A DNA stretch of 58,641 nt from Octopus bimaculoides (GCF_001194135.2 NC_068983.1:74499674-74558314), one strand, 5' to 3'. Counted from the first letter of the stretch, positions 13,848 to 26,925 are shown. The notes: generated by a model from the sequence alone, not told the origin. Made by a program: numbers and translations.

Positions 13848-14034
13848 TGTAAAAATATGTGACACTTATTCGGTAGCCATGATAAAACTCAGACTTTCGG
13901 ATTCCGAGGTGGGAACACACGCTAACATCTCTTCAGTTATCCGGGCATTGAAGAGATGTTGGCGTGGGTTCCCATCCCGGCATCCGAAACTCGGAGTTTT
14001 ATCATGGCTACCGAATAAGTGTCATATTTTTACA
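13848..14034. mobile_element. Fold-back / MITE-like element with about 90-bp inverted arms
   Basis: Arms are 13848-13937 and 13947-14034 with a 9-nt spacer. The outer part (GACACTTATTCGGTAGCCATGATAAAACTC) is a perfect match; overall there are about 8 mismatches plus a 2-nt indel. Confidence 0.8.
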
Positions 14035-15150
14035 GATAAATTCCTCTATTTACATAATATCGAGGTCACTTTCTTTTGTTGTCCTTTCTATCAATATATA
14101 TATATATATATTATATAAGAGTTAAGGAATGTTGTCGATAAGATACGAGCTACATATGTTTCATAGCGCCCAGAACCTCAGAATTTGTAAATATCCAAAT
14201 GAGGTATATATCGCAGGCTACACTTCAGGCCAATGATATCTTAAAATGTATAACGCGAAATATAAAACGAACTTTTTTTTCACTTTATCGTACTTCGATA
14301 CGAAAAAAATCCACAAACATCCGTTTCAGTAAACCACTTTTGTCTCTGAAAGTTGTTTTTTAATATTTACTACAGGCTGCTTGCCGCTTACTTCCTTCCT
14401 ACACCTCAATCTCTGGATCTTTATATATNNNNNNNNNNNNNNNNNNNNNNNNNNNNNNNNNNNNNNNNNNNNNNNNNNNNNNNNNNNNNNNNNNNNNNNN
14501 NNNNNNNNNNNNNNNNNNNNNNNNNNNNNNNNNNNNNNNNNNNNNNNNNNNNNNNNNNNNNNNNNNNNNNNNNNNNNNNNNNNNNNNNNNNNNNNNNNNN
14601 NNNNNNNNNNNNNNNNNNNNNNNNNNNNNNNNNNNNNNNNNNNNNNNNNNNNNNNNNNNNNNNNNNNNNNNNNNNNNNNNNNNNNNNNNNNNNNNNNNNN
14701 NNNNNNNNNNNNNNNNNNNNNNNNNNNNNNNNNNNNNNNNNNNNNNNNNNNNNNNNNNNNNNNNNNNNNNNNNNNNNNNNNNNNNNNNNNNNNNNNNNNN
14801 NNNNNNNNNNNNNNNNNNNNNNNNNNNNNNNNNNNNNNNNNNNNNNNNNNNNNNNNNNNNNNNNNNNNNNNNNNNNNNNNNNNNNNNNNNNNNNNNNNNN
14901 NNNNNNNNNNNNNNNNNNNNNNNNNNNNNNNNNNNNNNNNNNNNNNNNNNNNNNNNNNNNNNNNNNNNNNNNNNNNNNNNNNNNNNNNNNNNNNNNNNNN
15001 NNNNNNNNNNNNNNNNNNNNNNNNNNNNNNNNNNNNNNNNNNNNNNNNNNNNNNNNNNNNNNNNNNNNNNNNNNNNNNNNNNNNNNNNNNNNNNNNNNNN
15101 NNNNNNNNNNNNNNNNNNNNNNNNNNNNNNNNNNNNNNNNNNNNNNNNNN

Positions 15151-15270
15151 ACTGCCGCTTGACAACTGGTGTTGGGCTTTTAGGCTGCTGTAGCATTGCA
15201 GTTCGGCAAAAACAAAACGATAAATTATATACGAGGCTTAAAAATAAATGCTGGGCCGATTTGTTCAACA
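15151..15270 (+). mobile_element. Family C distal segment, beginning at a gap edge
   Basis: CCGCTTGACAACTGGTGTT...CAGTTCGGCAAAA...GGCTTAAAAATAAATGCTGGGCCGATTTGTTC is the reverse complement of 49740-49850. Confidence 0.7.
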
Positions 15271-15509
15271 CCATGTAGAAGTGTGGTGGAATAATCCCAG
15301 GTAGGGTAGGGGGGAGCGATAATGGGGTGGCCAAAAGGGAACTATTGAATGGCTATGCTGCACCCCTTCTCTATTTTTCGACAGCATACTCAAATTTAGA
15401 CAATAATGAATAAAAATCGATCTGAAAGTTCTAAACGTGCTCACCCCTTCTCATGAGCGGTACCTCTGGGAAGATTTCGTACAATATTGTAAGCTCAATT
15501 TTTAAGTGT

Positions 15510-15605
15510 TATTAATTATTATTATTATTATTATTATTGTTATTATTATTATCATCATGATCAGCATCATGATCATCATCATGATCATCATCATCATCAT
15601 CATCA

Positions 15606-15670
<65 letters not shown>
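15510..15670. repeat. Compound (ATT)n/(ATC)n microsatellite
   Basis: Directly visible. Confidence 0.95.
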
Positions 15671-15671
<1 letters not shown>

Positions 15672-16414
15672 TAAACAAACAACTAATCTCAGCAATTTTA
15701 ACGAGTGGTGTCTTGGACAAATATTGAAAATTGTATTCGAGCTGTAGACACTTTGATCAATATCTGGCAACCTACGAATTTTTGCAACTACAGATCTTTG
15801 AGATAAATTGCATGAATACCGAGTCGAGTGTTAGAGAAATTGTCGATGCGCATATTAAACTCATGTTTTGCTATTTGTTAGTCAATCTTTCACTTCGCAA
15901 ACCACGTGAAGTCATATATCCGGTGTATCAGAGGTTGTTTTCTGTGTTCACATTAATAAAGAATATTGATCTCAGAGACGAATTGAAGCTTTAAAATGGT
16001 TAAAGGAAATGGAAGATGAGATTGTATGCCGTTAATGCCTTCTTATACATTCCAATGAGGTTTCGTTTCCTCATTAAAACTATTTCAGTTCACTAATGTT
16101 GAATGGTACGAACGCAACTCATTTCACTTTTCCTATGAATGTAGAACGTCATTCCTATGTAACAAATCTAATACTTCTTTATAAACCTTGCGTATATTTC
16201 TCGTATATTAGGAAAAAACAACTAGTGCTTCCCTTCTTTGGCACCGTTATCTTCCCAGAATTCTTGTCAACAAAATTACCATGGCAACGCAAAATATATT
16301 TTTTGATATGGTTTCATTTGGTGATTCATTCAATATAATCCTTTTGTAACTACTAATCAAATGTATCTGCTAGCATGCACGCAAGGATAAACTGGCGACA
16401 AATTACGTGAACAA

Positions 16415-16492
<78 letters not shown>

Positions 16493-16997
16493 CACACAAA
16501 CAAACAAACAAACAACTCCCAGAAAAATAACAAACGTTTGTTATCTTGTAAAATAAAAATACAGAAAGAAACCATAAAAAGTAAGGAAAACCAGAAAAAT
16601 GTCAGTTTTGAAAACAAAAAGCTGCTTGCCGAATGAAATATTTAGTAGATTAATGGAACATTTATCTGCAACCATATTTGAAATCAAGGCAAGTAAGGAA
16701 CACTGGGGCGAGCATGTTGCTGCGGAATACATTCTAACTTTGGGTCAATTGTCTCCATGTGTCGTGACGTCGAAACAGTAGAATATCGATGGAAACAAAT
16801 CAATCAACCGAAAAAATATTAGAAAAAAAAAAGAAAGCCGAAAAAAGAAATGAAAAAAAATATATTGACAGTCTCTGATGGAATTAAAATTATCAAGGCC
16901 ATAAATTTTAGTATTGCTTTTGTAAATTCAATAAACAATCAGCATCTATCGTAAGGGAAATCTGAAACTCTATCGCATTTAAGCACAGTGATTCACT

Positions 16998-17008
16998 CTT
17001 GCTGCTGC

Positions 17009-17092
<84 letters not shown>
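16998..17092. repeat. (GCT)n followed by (ACT)n microsatellite
   Basis: Directly visible. Confidence 0.95.
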
Positions 17093-19185
17093 CGAAAATA
17101 TCAGCGCAGTGGAGAAAAGTTCGTGCGGTACTGCAATTATGTTTGTCTACATTGCACGTGCAAATGTTTCCGTCGTCTACATTTCATTATCCTGGTTTCA
17201 CCAAATAAGTACACTAGTGTTTTGGTTAACTTCAAGACCACGTACCTATGGTAGAAAGCAATGTTATTATGCTATAAAAGTATAAAAACATACAACTTTA
17301 GGAAAATCAAAAAGCACGAACAGGGACAATATCAAGTGTAATGTGAGTACTTTTGTATCTCTCACTTTTTTTTTTTGCTTATTCTTTGGTTTCATCTCAT
17401 AGGTTGGATTTCTTTGTTCTAAGACTAGGAATGTCTTCGATTTTGAACTCTTGGGAACTGTATCTCTGCAACATATCAAATAAAGAGCCTGTCATATTTG
17501 CACATGCTCGTTTTAAACTGCACCACTAAATCTCAAAAGCACTATTATTTCTATATTGTCTCTTATCGCATGTTTACGATCGTTACTACAATAGTTTTGC
17601 TTCTGCTAATGTTGGTAATTGTATTTCAGTGTAGTTCTTTAGATTATTTCTGCTTTAGTGCAAAGTGCTCAAGATCATTTTCTTAAGCCAGAATGTTGCC
17701 TCCTTGCATCGCACAGCCCACAACTTCTCTCACATTCCAATTGCATTAGATCCTTTTGCAACCTTTTGCTAAAAAAGGTATCTACCAATATTTCGCAATC
17801 TTATTTCACCCATTTCCCGAATGTGTCAGTTTTGTAGGTAGTATTCCCCCGAGAAACTAGCATCCATATTTGATGCACACTTTCCATTCCACTCCGCAAT
17901 TCTTTATTGAGGTAAATCTATTCCTAAACTCCTCTTGTTCATTTCTCCAGGGTCCCCATGATATACACATTGACGCCGTCTGCGAGAGAATTTCCAACAT
18001 AGCGACACGCCTTGAAATTGAAACCCTTTGTTACGTTTACAAAATGTACTCGGGAGCAACTTTTAACACTTACCAAATTCATCATTTTCTCTACCTTCCC
18101 GTCGACTAAATCCACTCACATAGATTTCCGCAGTTGTTACATAAAATTCATTTCTTAGATTACTTCAAGCTCAAACATTGCAAGGTAGGTTTTAATGAAT
18201 TTAATCTACACTAGTATATTACCAATATTTTTTTATGGAATCTGGATGGCGAAATATAAAGATGACATCTGAAGTATTCTATTTTGGAGTTTTTAGGAAC
18301 ACTACAGAAATATATATAATGCAAAGTTTGTCTATCATTCCTTCCACTTCACGTAAATTTAAACAACAAAAAAAAACAGAAAACTATTTAAGAAATTGAA
18401 GGACTCAGAACTTGCTGTGTGGTTACAAGCTCTTTTTGTTCAGAAACCAGACTAAACTCCTAGTACCCGCAGTTCAGATATCCAGCTTTCTCATACACGA
18501 TGTCACGCTAATTTTGTGTGGAATACTCAGCCCCATGCTTGCTTAATTTCAATGAGGCTCTAGTTGAGCTAATCGAATCGAAAGCGATCATCATCAAAAC
18601 CGAGAGACATCTAGAGACCTTTATCAGCAAAAATAGATATCAATGAGAAAAACCGATAATTATTCGCGTCGAATAAAAATAAATCGTTATCTGATTTGTA
18701 TATACAGCTAACCTACCACTCTCACCAATGGAAATGTAATAGGGCCGACAGTGAGCCGTCGTGAACGTATAACTAACAACTGTAATGGTCACAAAATGCA
18801 TGAAATATATAGACATATATAAATAAATAGGTGTGCATTCTTTAACATCGTGTGTTATAAACAAAAAATTATTCATATTTCTCTGAGACGATATTCAATT
18901 TAATGATATTCACTATAGTAATATGATATTAAGGCAACAAAGTGCTAAAAATTTTAAAATAAAATCCAAATAAAAACTAAATTCTATTTGAATGTTATCA
19001 AATTTTTGAACAAGGGTTTCATTTTATCAGGTCTTTTTATCTCAAGAGTTTGTACTTAAAATATGGCTTTTAACAGATTCTATTCTGTAAAATCTTGGCT
19101 GGTAATTGAAAATGTTGCTAGTTTTAAAATGTGTAAGATACGGTGATATAAAGACATTATACGTGATATTTTTTCTGCAAGAACA

Positions 19186-19255
<70 letters not shown>

Positions 19256-19879
19256 NNNNNNNNNNNNNNNNNNNNNNNNNNNNNNNNNNNNNNNNNNNNN
19301 NNNNNNNNNNNNNNNNNNNNNNNNNNNNNNNNNNNNNNNNNNNNNNNNNNNNNNNNNNNNNNNNNNNNNNNNNNNNNNNNNNNNNNNNNNNNNNNNNNNN
19401 NNNNNNNNNNNNNNNNNNNNNNNNNNNNNNNNNNNNNNNNNNNNNNNNNNNNNNNNNNNNNNNNNNNNNNNNNNNNNNNNNNNNNNNNNNNNNNNNNNNN
19501 NNNNNNNNNNNNNNNNNNNNNNNNNNNNNNNNNNNNNNNNNNNNNNNNNNNNNNNNNNNNNNNNNNNNNNNNNNNNNNNNNNNNNNNNNNNNNNNNNNNN
19601 NNNNNNNNTATATATCGATCTATCATTTCCAACATTGCAGCAACGGCAACACCAGCATTTTGTGAACACTATATGTATTCGCCCCGTTGTACCTCTGAAC
19701 TCAACACGCTCTTTTCTTTTTTCATTCTGTCTCTATTTGTTTCCTCTTATTCCTCTCTGTCGAAGAGCGTAGTCTCGAAATGTAAAAGACTTATCCATTT
19801 TTCCCCGAACGTCAAACTATTACACTTGTTTGCTGTTCCTATACCTGTCCTCATCTTTGTTTTTTCTATAAATTTGAAC

Positions 19880-19960
<81 letters not shown>

Positions 19961-20365
19961 ATAGTGAGTTCAAAGAAGAAAAACGACGAAAAAATCAACA
20001 AAAAGCAACAACGCGAGGATGTGATATAGATATTGTGTTACTGGACGCTCACACATTTACATACATATAGATTGATAAACAGATATATATATATATAGAT
20101 AGATAGATAGATAGATACATACATACATACATACATACTTACATAAATAAATACATGTATATATGAAAAAAAAATGTATTATCGAGTGCAGATGCTTCTT
20201 TCTTCTTAATAGGCATGCTCATAATATAAGATAATAAATTTTAAGATATTTCATTCATAGAAAATTAGATTTGTAAGAGAAACATATAAACAACTATATT
20301 ATTCTTAAGGCAAACTTATCGAAAAGCAAACATTCTCTTAATTGCAACATATAGGCACATGACTT

Positions 20366-20366
20366 T

Positions 20367-20400
<34 letters not shown>

Positions 20401-20486
20401 GCTACTTCTGCTGCTGCTGCTACTTCTGCTGCTGCTGCTACTTCTGCTGCTGCTGGTGCTGCCCCTCCTCCTCCTCCTCCTCCTCT

Positions 20487-20532
<46 letters not shown>

Positions 20533-20680
20533 GCTACTGCTGCTGCTGCTGCTGCTGCTGTTGATGCTGCTGCGGATGTCACATCTGATACGTCTATTAA
20601 TGATGGCGCTGCTGCCGCTGCTCTTACTGCCGATGTGGCTGCCATTGTTGCTGCTGATGCGGTTGCTGTTGCTATGTTGT
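20366..20680. repeat. Compound in-phase trinucleotide array (ACT/GCT/CCT) with decayed GCT tail
   Basis: Directly visible; it includes an 18-bp higher-order unit GCTACTTCTGCTGCTGCT x3. Confidence 0.95.
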
Positions 20681-21367
20681 AAATGGTAGATGTACACATA
20701 TGTAGTCATATGTGTATGAATGTATGTGTGTGCGCGCGTGTATGTATACATATATATATGTAGATATATATATATATATATACATATNNNNNNNNNNNNN
20801 NNNNNNNNNNNNNNNNNNNNNNNNNNNNNNNNNNNNNNNNNNNNNNNNNNNNNNNNNNNNNNNNNNNNNNNNNNNNNNNNNNNNNNNNNNNNNNNNNNNN
20901 NNNNNNNNNNNNNNNNNNNNNNNNNNNNNNNNNNNNNNNNNNNNNNNNNNNNNNNNNNNNNNNNNNNNNNNNNNNNNNNNNNNNNNNTATATATATATGC
21001 ATACATACATACATGCATTCATATATATAGGTATTTCAGTTTATATACTGTAGGTGTAGGTGAGTGGGTGTATAAATCGAAGTTAATTTGAGAAAAAATG
21101 TGGTCAGAAAGTAAGGATAATTTATTAGAGATTATTTTAAAAGTAATACATTTTCCCATTATCGATGCATGTGGGCGTATAAAGTAAAATATTTGCACGC
21201 ATGACTATATGTATATTCTTTTCCAAATATTAATACACACACGCATATATATGCATATAATATTGATATATATATATACGTATATTAATATTATATTATT
21301 AATAGTATACATACTTTTATCTATCTATCTAGCTATCTATCCATCTCTATCTTTCTATGCGTGTATG

Positions 21368-21403
<36 letters not shown>

Positions 21404-22247
21404 TATATGTANNNNNNNNNNNNNNNNNNNNNNNNNNNNNNNNNNNNNNNNNNNNNNNNNNNNNNNNNNNNNNNNNNNNNNNNNNNNNNNNNNNNNNNNN
21501 NNNNNNNNNNNNNNNNNNNNNNNNNNNNNNNNNNNNNNNNNNNNNNNNNNNNNNNNNNNNNNNNNNNNNNNNNNNNNNNNNNNNNNNNNNNNNNNNNNNN
21601 NNNNNNNNNNNNNNNNNNNNNNNNNNNNNNNNNNNNNNNNNNNNNNNNNNNNNNNNNNNNNNNNNNNNNNNNNNNNNNNNNNNNNNNNNNNNNNNNNNNN
21701 NNNNNNNNNNNNNNNNNNNNNNNNNNNNNNNNNNNNNNNNNNNNNNNNNNNNNNNNNNNNNNNNNNNNNNNNNNNNNNNNNNNNNNNNNNNNNNNNNNNN
21801 NNNNNNNNNNNNNNNNNNNNNNNNNNNNNNNNNNNNNNNNNNNNNNNNNNNNNNNNNNNNNNNNNNNNNNNNNNNNNNNNNNNNNNNNNNNNNNNNNNNN
21901 NNNNNNNNNNNNNNNNNNNNNNNNNNNNNNNNNNNNNNNNNNNNNNNNNNNNNNNNNNNNNNNNNNNNNNNNNNNNNNNNNNNNNNNNNNNNNNNNNNNN
22001 NNNNNNNNNNNNNNNNNNNNNNNNNNNNNNNNNNNNNNNNNNNNNNNNNNNNNNNNNNNNNNNNNNATATATGTATGTATGTATGTATGTATGTATATAT
22101 GTATGTATGTATTTATATAATTATACATGTATGTATGTACATACTGTAAAGGCACATACATACATATATACATGCGAGCATAGATTGATGCATAGCTAGC
22201 TTGCTAAGTAAGTACATACATACGTGTGTGTGTGTTTGTATGTGTGA

Positions 22248-22288
<41 letters not shown>

Positions 22289-22687
22289 AGATAGTGGGAG
22301 AATGGAGGATAGAGAAGGAAGGAGTGAAAACATGATCTATCCAACATATTTATGCATTTGAATATAACATAAGTCATATCCAGAAGGTACCTTCCAAAAT
22401 GTTTCGTCGGGCTTAGTAGAAATATTCTCTGATTTCTTATGATATATTATAGCAAAGAATAGTATCTAATGGTGCAGCTGTATTCTGTTTGTTAACAAAT
22501 CAGGTAACGAAGTCGATTCAACGTCATTGTTCCATTTATTTGATACAGTTACCACGTTCGTTAGTCATCTGAAGCGAGTCTATTTTATAGGTCTGATGAA
22601 AGAGTCTATTTCTTGGCTGACGAACAATCCCTTTGTAAGGCACTACTACTAATGTTACGTATGTATGTATGTGTGTATGTGTGCATG

Positions 22688-22773
22688 TATGTATACCAGT
22701 AAACATGTACGTCTTATGCATGTGTGTGTATATGTATACCAGTAAGCATGTACGTATTATGCATGTGTGTGTG
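22688..22773. repeat. 43-bp tandem duplication
   Basis: TATGTATACCAGTAA(A/G)CATGTACGT(C/A)TTATGCATGTGTGTGT occurs twice. Confidence 0.85.
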
Positions 22774-22922
22774 TATTCATATACATACATATATGTATGT
22801 ATGATTGTTTGTGTGTATGTTTGTATGTATGTATGTATGTATGTATTATGTATGTATAGCTATTTTAGGAATGGTGGATTTCGAAGAAAGCAAATAAAGT
22901 CATAAATAATAACATGTAAACA

Positions 22923-23045
22923 TTTTGGATAGTAAAAGTCAGGCAGCCGCTGACTTTTTCTATCCAAAAAAGATTTTTTACCCAATATGTATACGGTATT
23001 ATTTAGGGCTTTTACTTACTTGCTTCGAGATCTCCTCTTCCTAAA
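22923..23045. repeat. Dispersed repeat with 20-bp hairpin; second copy at about 49048-49168
   Basis: Both loci share TTTTGGATA..AAAAGT...ACTTTTTCT...ACGGT.TTATTT..GCTTTT...CTTCGAGATC. Confidence 0.6.
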
Positions 23046-23268
23046 CAACAAAAATTATTTCACGTTCTCTCGCACTCTACAAAAATTCATATGAAGTCAA
23101 TACACACACACATACATTCACACACATACATTCACACACACACACACACACACACACGTCTGTATGCATATACATATATATTTTCACTAGTTTTTATTCA
23201 CTGGACTCAGCCATGATGGGAAACTACCTACTAGTGTTTTCATCGATCATATTGCCGCTAGTAAAAAG

Positions 23269-23574
23269 GTAAAGACCTCCTTCTGTCATGAATGACCATG
23301 GGATTGCAGCTAGAAAGTTCCCAACCAAGGTACAAGTCCGGGCATTCATACCAGCCTCCCCTCATCACACCACTTGTGTTAACCAAGAGAAAGGCAAAGA
23401 CGGATACAGCTTGGCACCAGTGATATCTCAACTCATTTTAACAGCTGACTGAAGTGGAGCAACGTGAAATAAAGTGTTTTGCTCAAGAACACATCACACA
23501 ACCCAGTCCAGGAATCGAAGGCACTACCTTATGATTGTGAGCCCGATGCTCAAACCACTGAGCCATGTGCCACT
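23269..23574 (-). mobile_element. tRNA-head CORE-like SINE, family D
   Basis: Minus strand: GCACATGGCTCAGTGGTTTGAGCATCGGGCTCACAATCATAAGG...TTCGATTCCTGGAC...TGTGTTCTTGAGCAAAACACTTTATTTCACGTTGCTCC. Confidence 0.75.
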
Positions 23575-23725
23575 AGTAACGGCAGTTATTTCATCGATAT
23601 CAGTCTATAGTTATACGTTCTGTAACCTTGCCTTTTGCTCTAAACACTGCGTTTTACGCCTGTGATATCAAACCTAGACCATAACACACATATACATTTG
23701 TACTTGTGTATACTTTTTGCTTCAG

Positions 23726-23762
<37 letters not shown>

Positions 23763-23830
23763 ATGTGTATATATATATTTATATGTCTGTGTGCATTTCT
23801 GTTTTGCATGTGTTTGCGTGTGTGTGGGAC

Positions 23831-23871
<41 letters not shown>

Positions 23872-23872
<1 letters not shown>

Positions 23873-24035
23873 CCTAGTGGTTAGGATGCTGCAAGATCGT
23901 GGTTTCTATTTTCAGACGAGGCAATGCGTTGTGTCCTCGAGCAAACACTTCGTATCAAGTTGCTCTTCTATCACTTTGACATCTGATGCAATTCACACTG
24001 TGCACCTATACAGGCAATGTCGATTTGATGGAAGT
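23872..24035 (+). mobile_element. Degraded tRNA-head CORE-like SINE (family D-related, different tail)
   Basis: CCTAGTGGTTAGGATG...GTTGTGTCCTCGAGCAAACACTTCGTATCAAGTTGCTC shares the CORE-like block with 23440-23500. Confidence 0.55.
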
Positions 24036-24868
24036 TGAAAGCTTATATGAACAGAAATATTTGATCACTATAAGCAACAAATTAACTGTTTGGTTATTCA
24101 ACAAAAAATCGCGAAACCCTTATCCGTCGACTAATGACAGGAGATTCCTTAATAGATATATATACGACATCTGCGCAAAAACTATTGAGATCTCAGCAAA
24201 AACTATAAAAAGAAAACTATGTGTATATTTGTGCGCGCCTATGTGTGTGAGCGTGTGTGTTTTTTTTTGTGTATTTGTGTGTTTGTGTAGATATATGTAT
24301 ATGAAGCGAAGGGTTGCATACTTTAATGAATTCCTAAAGAAATAGTTAATCAATTGAAGAAATTATAACCGTTTTAAGATTAAGATTCATTAACACTACT
24401 GAAAAATTATCAGTTACTTTTCAAAGGAGAGAACTTACAACATGCCCTCCAATTGAGCAAAAGCTGAATTAAATTATGCAAGAGAAACCGAATATGTGGT
24501 GACAAAGTCATACATGCTTCATCTTTTTCAGAGAAAACTTACATTACTGCAGTGTGAGTTTATAATTTTGACGACAATTTACTGATTAGTCAACTGAAAA
24601 GACATTTTCAAGCCGTGAGCACATTTTGGGTGTTTTCAATGCTGTAATATTGTAATATTGTAATATTGTCTTATTGAATTTTCATTTTATTAAGCATATA
24701 AGCTCTAAAATGCTTTGTATTAAGACAGCTTTCTTTAAGATGTTTCGCTAAGAATGTTCAATAAGAATGATGTATGACCATACTTGTTACCAAATATACC
24801 AAATTTCACACACTTTCTATCTCTCCCCGTATACATACATACATACATACATACATACATACATACAA

Positions 24869-24907
<39 letters not shown>

Positions 24908-25455
24908 GACACACACACACACACATATATATATATGTTGCTTATCTCCACTCCAACATGACTGTTCCGTAGGATCTGACATTACTACCATTTTAACCCC
25001 AGGAGGACGCCTCCTGCAGCTGGTTATTCTATGCAATCTGTATCCAATATATATTGCAAGTGGGGGAGCGAACCCCTATCACTTTCCAGCGACAGGAGCA
25101 CCAGACCATATAGTTTCAAACTTTTGTGCTCATCCTCAGTGATGGATATGTATGCGTTTGAGTTCGCAATCTGTAGAAAATAAGTGACAGCCTGTTACAG
25201 ATCTTTCAACAAGCAAATTAGCTATTTAGTAAATCTCTATAAGAGATGTAAGTAGTAACTATACTATAATGATTATCGCCACTTCAACGTAACTGTTCCG
25301 CAGTTACTATCATTTTAGCTTCTGGAGGATGTCTCTTCCAGCTGGTTGTTCGATACGACCTGTGCCCGATATATATTGCACACACACACACGCGCACACA
25401 CATACACACACAAACACACACACATACGCACACACACACGCACACACACACACAT

Positions 25456-25620
25456 ATACGAAGGGCTTCTTTCAGTTTCTGTCTACCAAATCCACAAGGC
25501 TTTGGTCGGCTCGAGGCTATAGCAGAAGACACTTGCCCAAGGTGCCACACAGTGGTACTGAACCCGAAACCATGTAGTTGGGAAGCAAGCTACTTACCAC
25601 ACAACCACTCCTGCACCTAT
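25456..25620 (-). mobile_element. Family C CORE-like SINE head
   Basis: Minus strand: ATAGGTGCAGGAGTGGTTGTGTGGTAAGTAGCTTGC...GGTTTCGGGTTCAGTACC...GCACCTTGGGCAAGTGTCTT. This is a tRNA-like head followed by a CCTTGGGCAAGT motif as in MIR/CORE SINEs, and it runs into a (CA)n tract. Confidence 0.82.
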
Positions 25621-26825
25621 GTGTATATGTATATATATATATATATATATGGATATAGATATATATATACACATGCATATANNNNNNNNNNNNNNNNNNN
25701 NNNNNNNNNNNNNNNNNNNNNNNNNNNNNNNNNNNNNNNNNNNNNNNNNNNNNNNNNNNNNNNNNNNNNNNNNNNNNNNNNNNNNNNNNNNNNNNNNNNN
25801 NNNNNNNNNNNNNNNNNNNNNNNNNNNNNNNNNNNNNNNNNNNNNNNNNNNNGTGTGTGTGTGTGTGTGTGCATGTATGTTTGTGTATATGTTTGTATAT
25901 ATAAATATGTATATATATATATATATATATGGATATAGATATATATATACACATGCATATATATGACTACATAAATGTGAGTGTATGTATGTATATTTAT
26001 ACATACATACACAAGTACATACATATATACATATATACGCACATATATACAGTAAGCTTCCCGGGGTTCGTAAATATGTCGTTCAGTTAGTGTCTGCCCC
26101 AAATCCGGTCAAAGCAGTGTTCCAGCATGGCTGCATCACAATGACTAGAACAAGTAGAATAATGAAACTTTAATGAATAAATATTCTGAAGATGAGTAAA
26201 TTTAGACATCAGAAATAGACCTAAGAAAATCTCTAAAAAATGGAAACTACAAAAGTTTCGCTGGTATTCTCCGTATAGGAATAGAGGCATTCGCGTAAAT
26301 GTTGACAGACATTCTTCAATCGCTTCTTCAATCAGTGGAACAATCTATGCATTGCAATATAGTGTGATTGTGCATTCTACGCAAATATATCTTAAATAGA
26401 ATATTCAGGTAGACTCGAATTAGTAGTGAAGTCAATCTAATAAAAAAAAAATATATATATATTCCTGGAATTGTCTTCAACATGACGTCACATTTGTCAA
26501 TCACGTTGTGTTTATCATACAAGACAAATGAAAATGGCTGTTTATATAGGGCATGGATTCAAAAAAACTTTAGATATCGCGATATAGTATCTCACGGGTA
26601 GATTGGTTTTGAAACAGTTAAACACTTTTCCAATAAGACGCTGAATATAACATGATCTCCATAGGATATCATATGATCATAAGAATATTAAGAGCATATA
26701 TTTTACACCAGTGAAGTTATGTGGGATTTTAGATACTTTATTTTACCGAGTTCACAGACATTTATTAATTTTATCAGCACTTAGACAAAGCAAACTGAAT
26801 TTGTTTTGAATACTGTTTTAGAAGG

Positions 26826-26925
26826 GCGGGCATGCTGGAGCACTGCCTTTAGTCGAACAACTGACCTCAAGACTTATTTTTTGTAAGCCTAGTGCTTATT
26901 CTATCGGTCTCTTCTGCCGAACCGC
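26826..26925 (-). mobile_element. Family C distal segment fragment
   Basis: CATGCTGGAGCACTGCCTTTAGTCGAACAA...GTAAGCCTAGTGCTTATTCTATCGGTCTCTTCTGCCGAACCGC; homologous to 49700-49810. Confidence 0.75.

Noticed and set aside
16055-16080. Minimal hammerhead-like AATGAGGAAACGAAAC on the minus strand
   Set aside because: The core lacks CUGA; it is only a small hairpin.
17690-18130. Possible LINE reverse-transcriptase remnant or plus-strand exon (acceptor at 17950)
   Set aside because: All frames are short or interrupted and no diagnostic RT motif or donor could be matched.
22556-22625. Hammerhead ribozyme candidate (CTGATGA at 22593 inside a 12-bp stem with two G-U pairs)
   Set aside because: The obligatory GAAA after helix II and a helix III/UH cleavage site are absent; the short stem and internal GAGTCTATTT repeat could be chance.
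25630-25961. About 55-bp sequence duplicated on both sides of the 25682-25852 gap
   Set aside because: It is low complexity and adjacent to a gap, so it may be a scaffolding overlap rather than a real duplication.
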